Origin: Deferribacterales bacterium | Lineage (GTDB): Bacteria; Chrysiogenota; Deferribacteres; Deferribacterales; Geovibrionaceae | DNA length: 64,000 nt | Assembly: GCA_050251945.1 (NCBI GenBank) | Contig: JBFWLW010000001.1 | Coordinates: 224,001 to 288,000, forward strand | Direction of reading: 5' to 3' | Shown here: one piece after another, positions 9,520 to 19,497 of the stretch | How the letters are laid out: the number at the start of each line of letters is the position of its first letter | Position numbering within the stretch: position 1 is the stretch's first letter | Made by a program: the position numbers and the translations under genes | The notes under the pieces: generated by a model | What the model saw: only the letters and a program-made list of their open reading frames with translations | Databases searched by the model: none | What the model was told of the DNA's origin: nothing

Positions 9520-11258
9520 AGGTTCTGAAAGGTATTGCTTCAAGCGAAGGCATATCTTACGGCGTGTGCTATATTCTGGACAGAGCTAAAGTTGCTGTCG
9601 GAAAATATACTATTGCCCAAAGTGAGATAGAATCGGAGACCGGGCGCCTTAGAAAAGCTGTTGAAAAGACCGCATGGTTCATTCAGCAGTCGAAGAACAT
9701 CAGTAAAGATTCTCTTTCCGAGGAAAATTCATTCATTTTTGATATTTATCTTATGCTTCTTAAGGATACTATGCTTATAGGCGAGGCGGAAAAGCTTATC
9801 GCCGAAAAGCTGATAAATGCTGAATATGCTCTTGAGACCGCCTGTAACGGTCTTGTGGAGCGGTTTAATATGTCGGAGAACGGATATCTGCGCGAGCGGA
9901 AAACGGATGTTATAAACGTCGTGCAGAAAGTTCTGCGGTTCATGACAGGCGGAGGTCCCGATTCAATCCTTAAGATTGAGGATGCGGAGATAATAATTGC
10001 CCACGACCTCACACCTGCCGACACGTCTCATATGAAAAAGAATAATATCAGAGGTTTCGCCACTGATCTGGGCAGTAAAACCGCCCATACGTCAATCCTT
10101 GCCCGCTCGCTGGGAATACCCGCCGTTGTAGGGCTTGTGGACATCGCAAAAATAGCGCAGACGGGCGATTTCATCATCATAGACGGGTTTGAAGGACTTG
10201 TTATCATCAATCCGAACGATGAAACCCTTGAATCGTACAAGCTGAAAGGCAGCAGATACACTGATTATGTCTGCGAACTCGGACAGATGCGCGGCGAGTC
10301 TTCAGTCACTAAAGACGGATGCATTATAAAGCTGTTCAGCAACGTTGAGATGAATGATGAGCTTGAAAAAGCAAACGAATACAAATCCGACGGAGTGGGG
10401 CTTTACAGGACAGAATATATTTATATGCAGCATGGGGATGTTGATGAAGATACCCAGTTTAATATTCTTAAAGAAGCGGCTGAGCTTAATTACGGCCGTC
10501 CGCTGACAATAAGAACTTTTGACCTCGGTTCGGATAAACTCTCAAAATATATGCCGCACCCGAAAGAGCATAATCCGGCAATGGGGTTGAGAGCTATCAG
10601 ATATTCCCTTAAATATCAGGAATTTTTCATGAAACAGCTTCGCGCTGTTCTGCGGGTTTCCGCCATTGCGAACGTTAAACTGATGTTTCCTATGATATCC
10701 GGACTCGAAGAGCTGAGAGACTGTAAGATTGCTCTGAACGAAGCTAAAAGACAGCTTAGAGAAGAGAATCTGCCGTTTAACGAGAATATAAAAGTCGGCG
10801 TTATGATGGAACTTCCGTCGCTGGCTGTCATAAGCGAAATGGCGGCGGTTGAGGTTGATTTTTTCAGCGTCGGCACTAACGACCTCATACAATATGCTCT
10901 GGGCATAGACCGCAACAATGAATTTGTGGCATATCTTTATGAACCGTGTCATCCGGCGGTGCGCACTCTGCTTAAAAAGATTGTGGCAAGTGCTGACAGC
11001 GCCGGTATAGAATGTACCGTATGCGGTGAAATGGCGGGCGAGCCGAAATACATACCGATGCTTATCGGTATGGGTTACAGGCAGCTCAGCATGAGTCCTT
11101 CTTCTATCCTGCGTGCAAGAATGATAATTCGCTCACTTAATGTTCAAGACTGCGAAGAACTTGTAAGCGATCTCACTTCATGCGCATATGCACAGGATTC
11201 TGAGAACAGGCTCATGGAATTTATAAGGAACAAGTCAACTGACGTATATTTCCATTAA
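9516..11258 (+). CDS. ptsI: PEP-protein phosphotransferase (enzyme I)
   Basis: TAHTSILAR, GVGLYRTE, FSVGTNDLIQY, VCGEMAG. Confidence 0.96.
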   Translation: MKVLKGIASSEGISYGVCYILDRAKVAVGKYTIAQSEIESETGRLRKAVEKTAWFIQQSKNISKDSLSEENSFIFDIYLMLLKDTMLIGEAEKLIAEKLINAEYALETACNGLVERFNMSENGYLRERKTDVINVVQKVLRFMTGGGPDSILKIEDAEIIIAHDLTPADTSHMKKNNIRGFATDLGSKTAHTSILARSLGIPAVVGLVDIAKIAQTGDFIIIDGFEGLVIINPNDETLESYKLKGSRYTDYVCELGQMRGESSVTKDGCIIKLFSNVEMNDELEKANEYKSDGVGLYRTEYIYMQHGDVDEDTQFNILKEAAELNYGRPLTIRTFDLGSDKLSKYMPHPKEHNPAMGLRAIRYSLKYQEFFMKQLRAVLRVSAIANVKLMFPMISGLEELRDCKIALNEAKRQLREENLPFNENIKVGVMMELPSLAVISEMAAVEVDFFSVGTNDLIQYALGIDRNNEFVAYLYEPCHPAVRTLLKKIVASADSAGIECTVCGEMAGEPKYIPMLIGMGYRQLSMSPSSILRARMIIRSLNVQDCEELVSDLTSCAYAQDSENRLMEFIRNKSTDVYFH

Positions 11259-11269
11259 AAAAAATTTAC

Positions 11270-11298
11270 TGGATAAATACTTCTGATGGCTGTATAAT
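11270..11298 (+). promoter_or_regulatory. Sigma70-type promoter for the pgsA operon
   Basis: TGGATA-17 nt-TATAAT upstream of the pgsA RBS. Confidence 0.55.
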
Positions 11299-11323
11299 CA
11301 CCCCCGACAGAGGGAATTTAATT

Positions 11324-11878
11324 ATGTCGTTATCAGCTCAAATGAACATTGCAAACTGGCTTACGATATTCAGAATAGTCATGGTACCCGTATTTATATG
11401 GCTGATGTATCTGGATACTTTCTGGAGTGATGTTCTTGCCACAGTTCTTTATACAATTGCTGCTTCAACTGACTACGTTGACGGTTATATTGCCAGAAAA
11501 TACAATCTTATAACTGACTTAGGGAAAATACTTGATCCGATAGCTGATAAAGTTCTCGTAACTGCCACATTGGTAGTGTTTGTTGAGCTTCACAGGCTGG
11601 AAGCGGTGGTTGTTATCATCCTTATCACGCGCGATCTTGCCATCAATGCACTGCGCAGTTTTGCCGCCAGCAAAGGACAGGTTATCGCCGCCGGGATGGG
11701 CGGAAAGATAAAAACCGCTTTTCAGATGGTAGGCGTCGGCTGTATAATCTTTAAAAACCCGCTGTTTGGTCTGGATGTAATGTTGATAGGAAAAGCACTT
11801 GTGTACCTGTCAGTTATTCTTTCCGTCCAGTCCGCATGGGTATACTACAGGAACTTCATAATATCCGAAAATGCGTAA
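11324..11878 (+). CDS. pgsA: CDP-diacylglycerol--glycerol-3-phosphate 3-phosphatidyltransferase
   Basis: TDYVDGYIARK...GKILDPIADK CDP-alcohol phosphotransferase motif. Confidence 0.93.
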   Translation: MSLSAQMNIANWLTIFRIVMVPVFIWLMYLDTFWSDVLATVLYTIAASTDYVDGYIARKYNLITDLGKILDPIADKVLVTATLVVFVELHRLEAVVVIILITRDLAINALRSFAASKGQVIAAGMGGKIKTAFQMVGVGCIIFKNPLFGLDVMLIGKALVYLSVILSVQSAWVYYRNFIISENA

Positions 11879-12953
11879 ACTATTCGCCGCGCAATGCGGA
11901 AGCTATCAGGATGATAGCCTTAAAGAGCTGATAGACAAATACTTTGAATATGAAAAGGACAGACTTGCTTCTGCGTCCAAAATCCTTATAAAACCTAATC
12001 TTCTCTCCGCAACACCACCCGAAAGAGCTGTTACGACACATCCCGACTTTGTTCGTACCGTGATTTCATCACTTAAAAGTTTCACAAAAGCGGAGCTTAT
12101 GCTTGGCGACAGCCCCGGTGCAAATTTCGGTAAATACGAAAAGGTTCTTGATGTTACGGGCATCGGCAGGGTAGCAGAGGAAGAGGGTGTCAGAATCGTT
12201 CGAGTGGAGAGTTACGAGCCTGTTCAGAAGGACGGCTTCATGTACTCGTCCCTTGCAGATGAAGCGGATGTGATAATCAATCTTCCGAAACTCAAGACCC
12301 ACTCGCTGACAGGGCTTACTCTGTCCGTAAAGAACCTTTTCGGGCTTGTTCCGGGTACGGCGAAAGTGGGCTTCCATAGAAAATATCCTTCTGATACCGA
12401 GCTTGGAGCCAAGATATATCAGTATTTTACGCTTCTAGGCGATAAAACCATGCATATCATGGACGGCATAATCGCACACGAAGGGGACGGACCCTCAAGA
12501 GGAACACCCATTCAGCTTGGAATTGCCGCCGCCTGCTCGGATGCGGTGGGGCTTGATATTGCCATCACCCGTATGGTCGGTCTGAAAGACTCTTTCTGCC
12601 TGACAAGTGCGGAGGCACTGCGCATGGGTTATGACACATCGTGGCTTGACGTGCCTGAAACGAACGTTCCTTTAATGAAAATACCCATGTCCAGAAAGGT
12701 GCGTGTGCCGCTGTTTATGAAAAAATTTGTTGCGGAACAGGTCTATGTGAAACCTGTGGTTCTGAAGGAACCCTGCATAAAGTGCATGCTCTGCAAAAAG
12801 AGCTGTCCTGTTGACGCTATTTCAGTAGTAGATTCCTATCCTTTTATAGATAAAAACAAATGTATCGAATGTTTTTGCTGTCACGAAGTCTGCGAATCCG
12901 ATGCAGTGGGTTTGCAGAGGTCATGGCTGCATAAGATTATGGTGAAATCATGA
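11871..12953 (+). CDS. DUF362-domain protein with C-terminal 2x[4Fe-4S] ferredoxin
   Basis: ILIKPNLL, VTTHP, INLPKLKTH, KNLFG; CIKCMLCKKSCP and CIECFCCHEVC. Confidence 0.85.
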   Translation: MRKLFAAQCGSYQDDSLKELIDKYFEYEKDRLASASKILIKPNLLSATPPERAVTTHPDFVRTVISSLKSFTKAELMLGDSPGANFGKYEKVLDVTGIGRVAEEEGVRIVRVESYEPVQKDGFMYSSLADEADVIINLPKLKTHSLTGLTLSVKNLFGLVPGTAKVGFHRKYPSDTELGAKIYQYFTLLGDKTMHIMDGIIAHEGDGPSRGTPIQLGIAAACSDAVGLDIAITRMVGLKDSFCLTSAEALRMGYDTSWLDVPETNVPLMKIPMSRKVRVPLFMKKFVAEQVYVKPVVLKEPCIKCMLCKKSCPVDAISVVDSYPFIDKNKCIECFCCHEVCESDAVGLQRSWLHKIMVKS

Positions 12954-13558
12954 TAGTATCTGTTTTGACCGCAGCTGCAGTAATTGCGGTGTGCTATGTA
13001 ATCGGGTCTGTTCCCACTGCATATCTGGTGGTAAAAAAGATCAAAGGTATTGATATCAGAACCGTGGGGAGTGGTAACGTCGGGGCCAGCAATGCCGCCC
13101 GCGTACTTGGCAAATGGGGCTTCATAGGCGTGCTTTTCGCCGATATGATGAAAGGTTTCATCCCTGTGTTCGTTATAAAGCATTTTTACGGCGAAAGCTG
13201 GATCGTGCTTATAGGCGCTGTTGCAGTTATAGTGGGACACAGCTTCACCTGCTTTCTGAAATTTAAAGGCGGCAAGGGTGTTGCCACCGGAGTTGGTGTT
13301 TTTCTGGCACTGGCACCGTTTCAGCTTCTTGTGGCTGCCGTAATTTTCGGTATAATGCTTGCAGTTTTCCAGATGGTTTCCATCGGTTCCGTAACTGCTG
13401 CGGCTTTTCTTGCCGTAATGGTCTGGTTTACTTCGGAATGGGATCATTTGCGGTATATAACCTTTGTCATTGCCCTCCTGATAATCTGGCTCCACAGAGG
13501 AAACATCGCCAGAATGGTCAGGGGCGAGGAGAGAAAAATTGGAAAAAGGACTCCTTAA
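12950..13558 (+). CDS. plsY: Glycerol-3-phosphate acyltransferase
   Basis: GSGNVGASN, FKGGKGVAT, HRGNIAR. Confidence 0.95.
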   Translation: MIVSVLTAAAVIAVCYVIGSVPTAYLVVKKIKGIDIRTVGSGNVGASNAARVLGKWGFIGVLFADMMKGFIPVFVIKHFYGESWIVLIGAVAVIVGHSFTCFLKFKGGKGVATGVGVFLALAPFQLLVAAVIFGIMLAVFQMVSIGSVTAAAFLAVMVWFTSEWDHLRYITFVIALLIIWLHRGNIARMVRGEERKIGKRTP

Positions 13559-14708
13559 TCCGCTGGATGTGATGCAGGAGTGTGTTCAGCTTGCGCTTCT
13601 GGGCAAAGGGTACACAAAGACCAACCCCTGTGTCGGCGCTATCGTTGCGAAAGATAATAAAATAATCTCCCGCGGCTGGCACATGGCATACGGCGAGGCT
13701 CACGCAGAGGTAAACGCAATAGATGGCAGTCCGGAAAGCGTTGAGGGTGCTGATATTTATGTCACCCTTGAACCCTGTTCCCATTTTGGGAAAACACCGC
13801 CTTGTGTTGAAAAGATAGTTGCGTCCGGAATAAAAAGAGTTTTCATCGGCGTCGTTGACCCGAACCCCGTTAATGCAGGAAAGGGTGTAGAGTATCTGAG
13901 ACAGCACGGAGTCGAGGTTTTCATCGGCTACATGGAAGAGCTTTGCGCCTCTATAATAGAAGATTTTTCAAAATTCATATATACCGGCATGCCTTATTTC
14001 ACCGTCAAACTTGCGCAATCCGTTGATGGAAAGATAGCTTCCCGCACGGGTGATTCAAAATGGATAACATCCCATTCGTCAAGAGCCTATGCACACTATC
14101 TGCGCGCAGTTTCCGATGCTGTTCTGGTTGGCGTTTCCACTGTTGAGCAGGACGATCCGGAGCTTACCGTAAGGCTTATTAAATCTGACCGTGACCCTTA
14201 CAAAATAGTGCTGGATCCCAATGGGCGCATGAGCCTTGAACGCAAACTGGTTCAAAATTCAAAGGACAAACTCATATATGTTACGTCTGAACGCAATAAA
14301 AATATTGATAAATATGAAAAATGTGGCATAGATGTATTATCCGTTCCGTTTGCGGAAAACGGACTTGATCTGCAATATTTGTCTAAGAAGCTGATAGAAC
14401 GGAAGATTCTTAATATTATGATAGAAGGCGGCGGCAAAACTGTCGGTTCCTTCTTTGATGCAGGGCTTATCGACAAGACAGATTTTATCATCGCCCCCAT
14501 AGTTATAGGCGGCGACAGAACGTCTGTCTGCGGAAACGGTGTTGAATCCGTTTCGCTTGCGCATAAATTAACAGATGTACAGACCAGAATGTTTGAGGGC
14601 GATATGCTCTACAGCGGCAAGGTGACGGATTTCACGAAGCCTGTTCTGGCGCTTACGGAAAAAATAAGAGGGTGCAGTGCATGCGGATGCTCGGCACACA
14701 AGGAATAA
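13539..14708 (+). CDS. ribD: Riboflavin biosynthesis deaminase/reductase
   Basis: HAE...LEPCSH..TPPC, SKWIT, IEGG. Confidence 0.95.
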   Translation: MEKGLLNPLDVMQECVQLALLGKGYTKTNPCVGAIVAKDNKIISRGWHMAYGEAHAEVNAIDGSPESVEGADIYVTLEPCSHFGKTPPCVEKIVASGIKRVFIGVVDPNPVNAGKGVEYLRQHGVEVFIGYMEELCASIIEDFSKFIYTGMPYFTVKLAQSVDGKIASRTGDSKWITSHSSRAYAHYLRAVSDAVLVGVSTVEQDDPELTVRLIKSDRDPYKIVLDPNGRMSLERKLVQNSKDKLIYVTSERNKNIDKYEKCGIDVLSVPFAENGLDLQYLSKKLIERKILNIMIEGGGKTVGSFFDAGLIDKTDFIIAPIVIGGDRTSVCGNGVESVSLAHKLTDVQTRMFEGDMLYSGKVTDFTKPVLALTEKIRGCSACGCSAHKE

Positions 14709-15344
14709 ATGTTCACAGGTATTGTTGAGGAGACAGGAAAGATAGTTTCCATCGACCGCAGGGGCGATTTCGCCATTGTCACGGTGGGCTGTAAAAAAGT
14801 GCTGGAGGGTTCTGCCATCGGTGATTCGATAGCGGTTAACGGCACATGCCTTACCGTTACGTCCATGTCCGGTGACACTTTCAAAGCAGACATCTCCTAT
14901 GAAACCCTGAAAAAGAGTGCTTTTGCCTCGGCATCAAACGGTACCAAGGTGAATCTTGAAAGGGCGCTGACCCTTAATACGCGTTTGGGTGGACACCTTG
15001 TCAGCGGACACGTTGACGCCACAGGTACCATAGAAAAGCTTGAGAAGAAAAGCAACGCGTATATACTGACGGTCAGATATCCGCAGGATATAGACAGATA
15101 CATAGCTGAGAAGGGTTCGGTATGTGTGGACGGAATAAGCCTTACGACGGCGCGCGTTGGCGGATTTACGTTCGACGTGGCTGTTATTCCGCATACATAT
15201 GAGAACACTGCTCTTGCAGATAAAAAACATGGCTCCATCGTGAATCTTGAAGTTGACACGGTGGCGAGATATCTGGAAAAGCTGCTGAAAAAAGAAAAAA
15301 ACAGCGGCGATTTTCTGGAAAATCTGAACAGCCTTATGGACTAA
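14709..15344 (+). CDS. ribE: Riboflavin synthase alpha chain
   Basis: MFTGIVE, GDSIAVNGTCLT, GGHLVSGHVD. Confidence 0.96.
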   Translation: MFTGIVEETGKIVSIDRRGDFAIVTVGCKKVLEGSAIGDSIAVNGTCLTVTSMSGDTFKADISYETLKKSAFASASNGTKVNLERALTLNTRLGGHLVSGHVDATGTIEKLEKKSNAYILTVRYPQDIDRYIAEKGSVCVDGISLTTARVGGFTFDVAVIPHTYENTALADKKHGSIVNLEVDTVARYLEKLLKKEKNSGDFLENLNSLMD

Positions 15345-15353
15345 GGAGTTATC

Positions 15354-16577
15354 ATGAGCGATATGAAAAAGGCGCTTTGCACTGTTGAAGAAGCGCTTGA
15401 GGACATACGAAACGGCAAGATGATCATTCTGGTGGATGACGAAGACAGGGAGAACGAGGGTGATCTTGTTTTTGCCGCAGATTTCGTTACGCCGGAGAAG
15501 ATAAATTTCATGGCGAAATACGGACGGGGGCTTATCTGTCTTGCAATGCCGTCGAAAAGATGCGACGAGCTCGGTCTTGACCTTATGGTACGCGAAGACC
15601 GCAATTCCGCTCGTTTCGGCACTGCCTTCACAGTTTCCATAGAGGCGAAGGACGGCGTTACGACAGGTATATCTGCCCACGACAGAGCGCAGACAGTGCG
15701 CGTTGCCAACGATCCCGCAAAAAAAGCTGAAGACCTTGCACGTCCCGGACATATATTTCCTCTGCGCGCTCGCGAGGGTGGAGTTCTTGTCCGCGCCGGA
15801 CAGACCGAAGGCTCGGTTGACCTTGCCATGATGGCAGGTCTTAACAACTATGGCGCTGTAATCTGCGAAATAATGAACGACGACGGTTCCATGGCAAGGA
15901 TGCCCCAGCTTCTTGAGTTCGCAAAGGAACATAATTTAAAGATACTGACCATTGCTGATATGATAAAATACAGAATGGATACCGAACAGCTCATTCAGGA
16001 GACCACAACGGCTCACCTGCCCACAGAATTCGGTGATTTCAACATAACAGGTTTCAAAAGCAGTGTTGACGGACAGGAAGCCGTGGTTATCTGGAAGGGC
16101 GACCTTCAAGCACCTAATCCTGTGCTTATGCGCATACACTCCCAGTGTCTGACCGGCGATGTTTTCGGTTCGGAACGCTGCGACTGCCGCGACCAGCTCC
16201 ACGCCGCAATGAAAATGGTGGAAGAAGAGGGCAGAGGCATGGTACTCTATCTCTTTCAGGAGGGCAGAGGTATCGGCATCCTGAACAAAATTAACGCTTA
16301 TCACCTTCAGGACGAAGGGCTCGACACCATACAGGCTAACATTCAGCTTGGTTTCGAGGAGGATCTGCGGGACTACGGTTTCGGTGCGCAGATAATCAGA
16401 CATATGGGCATCAGGGAGCTGAGACTTATAACCAACAACCCCAAAAAGATGCGCTGTCTTTCCGGTTACGGGCTTGAGATTGTTGAGCGCGTCGGCATCA
16501 CATGCGGTGTGAATCCCAACAACGAATATTACATGAAGACCAAAAAAGAAAAGATGGGACACCATCTGGACATATAG
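15354..16577 (+). CDS. ribBA: Bifunctional DHBP synthase / GTP cyclohydrolase II
   Basis: DDEDRENEGD, RIHSQCLTGDVFGSERCDC, TNNPKK. Confidence 0.97.
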   Translation: MSDMKKALCTVEEALEDIRNGKMIILVDDEDRENEGDLVFAADFVTPEKINFMAKYGRGLICLAMPSKRCDELGLDLMVREDRNSARFGTAFTVSIEAKDGVTTGISAHDRAQTVRVANDPAKKAEDLARPGHIFPLRAREGGVLVRAGQTEGSVDLAMMAGLNNYGAVICEIMNDDGSMARMPQLLEFAKEHNLKILTIADMIKYRMDTEQLIQETTTAHLPTEFGDFNITGFKSSVDGQEAVVIWKGDLQAPNPVLMRIHSQCLTGDVFGSERCDCRDQLHAAMKMVEEEGRGMVLYLFQEGRGIGILNKINAYHLQDEGLDTIQANIQLGFEEDLRDYGFGAQIIRHMGIRELRLITNNPKKMRCLSGYGLEIVERVGITCGVNPNNEYYMKTKKEKMGHHLDI

Positions 16578-16583
16578 GAGAAA

Positions 16584-17054
16584 ATGATGGAAGTTAAAAC
16601 AGTACAGGGGATATACAGCGGCAAAGGAATGAAATTTGCCATAGTCGGCGGCAGATTCAACGACTTTATATCTAAAAGCCTCATAGGGGGCGCTGTAGAC
16701 GCACTGGTTCGTCACGAGGCTGCTGAAGAGGACGTTGTAGTTTATAAAGTTCCCGGTGCTTTCGAGATTCCGCTTATGGCGAAAAAACTTGCGATGACAG
16801 GAAAATATGACGCAATTATCACTCTCGGCGCAGTTATCAGAGGCTCAACCCCCCACTTTGACTTCGTTTCATCAGAAGTTTCAAAAGGTGTTGCTAAAGT
16901 ATCTCTGGATACAGGCGTTCCTGTTATCTTCGGTGTTCTGACAACAGACACTATAGAGCAGGCTGTTGAAAGAGCGGGAACAAAACACGGCAATAAAGGT
17001 GCAGAGGCAGCAATGTCCGCACTCGAAATGGTTAACGTGCTGAAGCTGGTATAA
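16584..17054 (+). CDS. ribH: Lumazine synthase
   Basis: [24 protein letters not shown]. Confidence 0.97.
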   Translation: MMEVKTVQGIYSGKGMKFAIVGGRFNDFISKSLIGGAVDALVRHEAAEEDVVVYKVPGAFEIPLMAKKLAMTGKYDAIITLGAVIRGSTPHFDFVSSEVSKGVAKVSLDTGVPVIFGVLTTDTIEQAVERAGTKHGNKGAEAAMSALEMVNVLKLV

Positions 17055-17500
17055 TGAAGAAACAATACAAAGAACGCACAAAAGGAAGAAGATACGCTTT
17101 TGAGATGATGTACAGATTTTCTGTCAATGCAAACGAAAATCCAAAGGACATCTCCGATTCATACTGGAAATCTGTCGAGGAAGAGAGTGAGGATACGAAG
17201 GAATTCGCCTGTTCTCTTTTTCTTGGTGCGTCTGCGGATGTGGATACCAACGATGATATAATCAAATCTTTCATCCGGGAAGACTGGAATTACGACCGTA
17301 TGGGCGAAGTGGACAGAAGCATCCTGCGTGTTGCCGTTCATGAGCTTTTCGGCGGCAACGCTCCTTTCTATGCAATTGTGAATGATTTCGTTACACTTGC
17401 AAGAAAATATTCCGATGAAAAATCGGCATCTCTTGTTAACGGTATTCTGGAAAATATCAGAAAGAAATATAATCTCGCGGAGGACAAGGTTGAGTCCTGA
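17054..17500 (+). CDS. nusB: Transcription antitermination factor NusB
   Basis: R-rich N-terminus, VDRSILR, LVNGIL; ribH-nusB synteny. Confidence 0.9.
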   Translation: MKKQYKERTKGRRYAFEMMYRFSVNANENPKDISDSYWKSVEEESEDTKEFACSLFLGASADVDTNDDIIKSFIREDWNYDRMGEVDRSILRVAVHELFGGNAPFYAIVNDFVTLARKYSDEKSASLVNGILENIRKKYNLAEDKVES

Positions 17501-17891
17501 TTTCCCCGCAACAAAGATAACTTACAGAGACCTTGATATCTTTCCCGTATTTGTGGATTACGATATGCAATCGGGTAAATGCAGAGGCATGAGCGCCCGC
17601 ATCGACCTTTTCAGCTATGGCGCTCTGACCGCAGAGATTGATAAACTGAAAGGCGAAGGTCTCAGATTTGCTGTGGAAGAAGGAATAATGATCCGTAAAA
17701 AAGGATTGATATTCAATAACGGATTCTTCTTGTTTGACTTCAACTATTTCATGCAACATATTGAAAAATTTGCAGAAAAAATAAATAGCCTTAATGTGCC
17801 TCTGGTATACGTTGAAAACTCGGACAGGTTCGACCTTACGCCGCTTCTCGGCGCCGGTGTGAATTGCCGTGTTGAACTTCTGGAGTTTTAA
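17490..17891 (+). CDS. Hypothetical protein, about 133 aa
   Basis: Fills the gap between nusB and the next gene. TTG start chosen after GGAGG and overlapping the nusB end; start uncertain. Confidence 0.6.
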   Translation: MSPDFPATKITYRDLDIFPVFVDYDMQSGKCRGMSARIDLFSYGALTAEIDKLKGEGLRFAVEEGIMIRKKGLIFNNGFFLFDFNYFMQHIEKFAEKINSLNVPLVYVENSDRFDLTPLLGAGVNCRVELLEF

Positions 17892-18140
17892 ATGCCGCAT
17901 ACTGTCAGAGTTAAATTCAACATTAATAAGCAGGATGTGCTTATCGTCAACAGCATAGTGGATTCCCATGAGGGAATCGGGCTGGTGCGCACAGTGGATG
18001 CAAAAAAAGGCGCTATGGTAATATATTCCACCGACGACCAATATGAAAAAGTCCTTCTGGTTCTCCAAGACCTGAAAAAATACGGAATGACCATTGAAAA
18101 TATTCATACCGAAGTGAGCGAAAAAATTGATGAATGGTAA
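17892..18140 (+). CDS. DUF4911-like small protein
   Basis: 82 aa; IVDSHEGIGLVRTVDAKKG resembles DUF4911. Confidence 0.65.
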   Translation: MPHTVRVKFNINKQDVLIVNSIVDSHEGIGLVRTVDAKKGAMVIYSTDDQYEKVLLVLQDLKKYGMTIENIHTEVSEKIDEW

Positions 18141-19497
18141 TTTTTCGGAAGCTGTCATTCACAGGATATTGAAAAAACTTTCAGCTCATGGGGTTTACGC
18201 GGAAATATTTGCAGAGGAAACCGAAAGGCTGGCAGCAGTTTTTGAGAACGGCAAGCCTGACAGACTGGAAAATACGATTGAGCAGGGAGTTGCTTTCAGG
18301 CTCATAGACGGCGGAAAAACCTTTTTCGGCTATACCACGGATACCGATGAGATGTCTCTGTGGGACACTGCGGAAGCGCTTTTATATTCAGTCAGGAACG
18401 GCGCGCGGGATATCTCTTTTGGGAATCCTGTTTCCGTTAAAAATTATAAGACGCTGAGCAGACTGCCCATTGAAAAGAAAATAGCAATCATTTCCGAAAT
18501 GGACAGGGCTGCGTCTGTTGACGCCTGTATAATACAGAAAACAAGCATGTATTCCGAGGTTGTGCGCAATACGCGCGTAATAAACAGCCTTGGTGACGAC
18601 ATATCCCAGGGTCTTAATTACGTTACCGCGTATACCGTGGCAACGGCATCCGACGGCAAAACCATGCAGACCGCGTATATTCCCGAAGGCGGAGCTTTCG
18701 GTGCGGAAGAGGCTGGAAATATAGATTTTGCTTCCATCGGTGAGCGTGCGGGAAAACTTGCCATGCAGAACCTTAGGGCAAAAAATGCACCCGCAGGGAT
18801 GATGCCTGTTGTTTTAGGCTCTAAAGCTGGCGGTACGATGGTGCATGAAGCTGTCGGACACGGACTTGAGGCTGACCTTGCATGTAACGGCATGAGCGTT
18901 TTTGCCGGAAGACTTGGCGAAAAGGTTGCTTCAGAGCTTATCAGCGTCGTCGACAACGGCACACTGACCGACAGACGCGGCAGTTATTTATATGACGATG
19001 AGGGAACTTCTTCATCGGAAAATGTTCTTATAGAGAACGGGATACTGAAAAGCTATATGTATGACAGACTGTATGCAATGAAAGAGGGTAAAAAGCCCAC
19101 AGGCAACGGACGCCGGCAGGGTTTTCGTTACAAACCTATCGTACGCATGACGAACACATACATAAAACCGGGCGCATCAAAGCCCGAAGATATAATAGCT
19201 TCCGTCCGGAAAGGTCTTTATGTTGCCGGAATGGGCGGAGGACAGGTCAATACCGTCACAGGCGATTTTGTTTTTGAAGTGACGGAAGGTTATCTGATAG
19301 AGAACGGCAGGATGGGTGAACCTGTGCGAAACGCCACACTTACGGGCAACGGACCGGAGGTAATGGCAAAAATAGATATGGTCGGCTCTGACCTCGGTTT
19401 TGGCATGGGAACATGCGGAAAAGAGGGGCAGGGCGTACCCGTTACTGATGCACAGCCTACGCTGCGCATACCTGAAATAACAGTCGGAGGGCGTTAA
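18127..19497 (+). CDS. tldD: TldD/PmbA-family metalloprotease (TldD type)
   Basis: HEAVGHGLEAD, DDEG, RMTNTYI, GTCGKEGQGVPV. Confidence 0.92.
   Translation: MMNGNFSEAVIHRILKKLSAHGVYAEIFAEETERLAAVFENGKPDRLENTIEQGVAFRLIDGGKTFFGYTTDTDEMSLWDTAEALLYSVRNGARDISFGNPVSVKNYKTLSRLPIEKKIAIISEMDRAASVDACIIQKTSMYSEVVRNTRVINSLGDDISQGLNYVTAYTVATASDGKTMQTAYIPEGGAFGAEEAGNIDFASIGERAGKLAMQNLRAKNAPAGMMPVVLGSKAGGTMVHEAVGHGLEADLACNGMSVFAGRLGEKVASELISVVDNGTLTDRRGSYLYDDEGTSSSENVLIENGILKSYMYDRLYAMKEGKKPTGNGRRQGFRYKPIVRMTNTYIKPGASKPEDIIASVRKGLYVAGMGGGQVNTVTGDFVFEVTEGYLIENGRMGEPVRNATLTGNGPEVMAKIDMVGSDLGFGMGTCGKEGQGVPVTDAQPTLRIPEITVGGR

Noticed and set aside
14934..16715. Long antisense ORFs (332 and 259 aa) opposite the rib genes
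   Set aside because: Shadow frames of well-conserved genes with no recognisable motifs.
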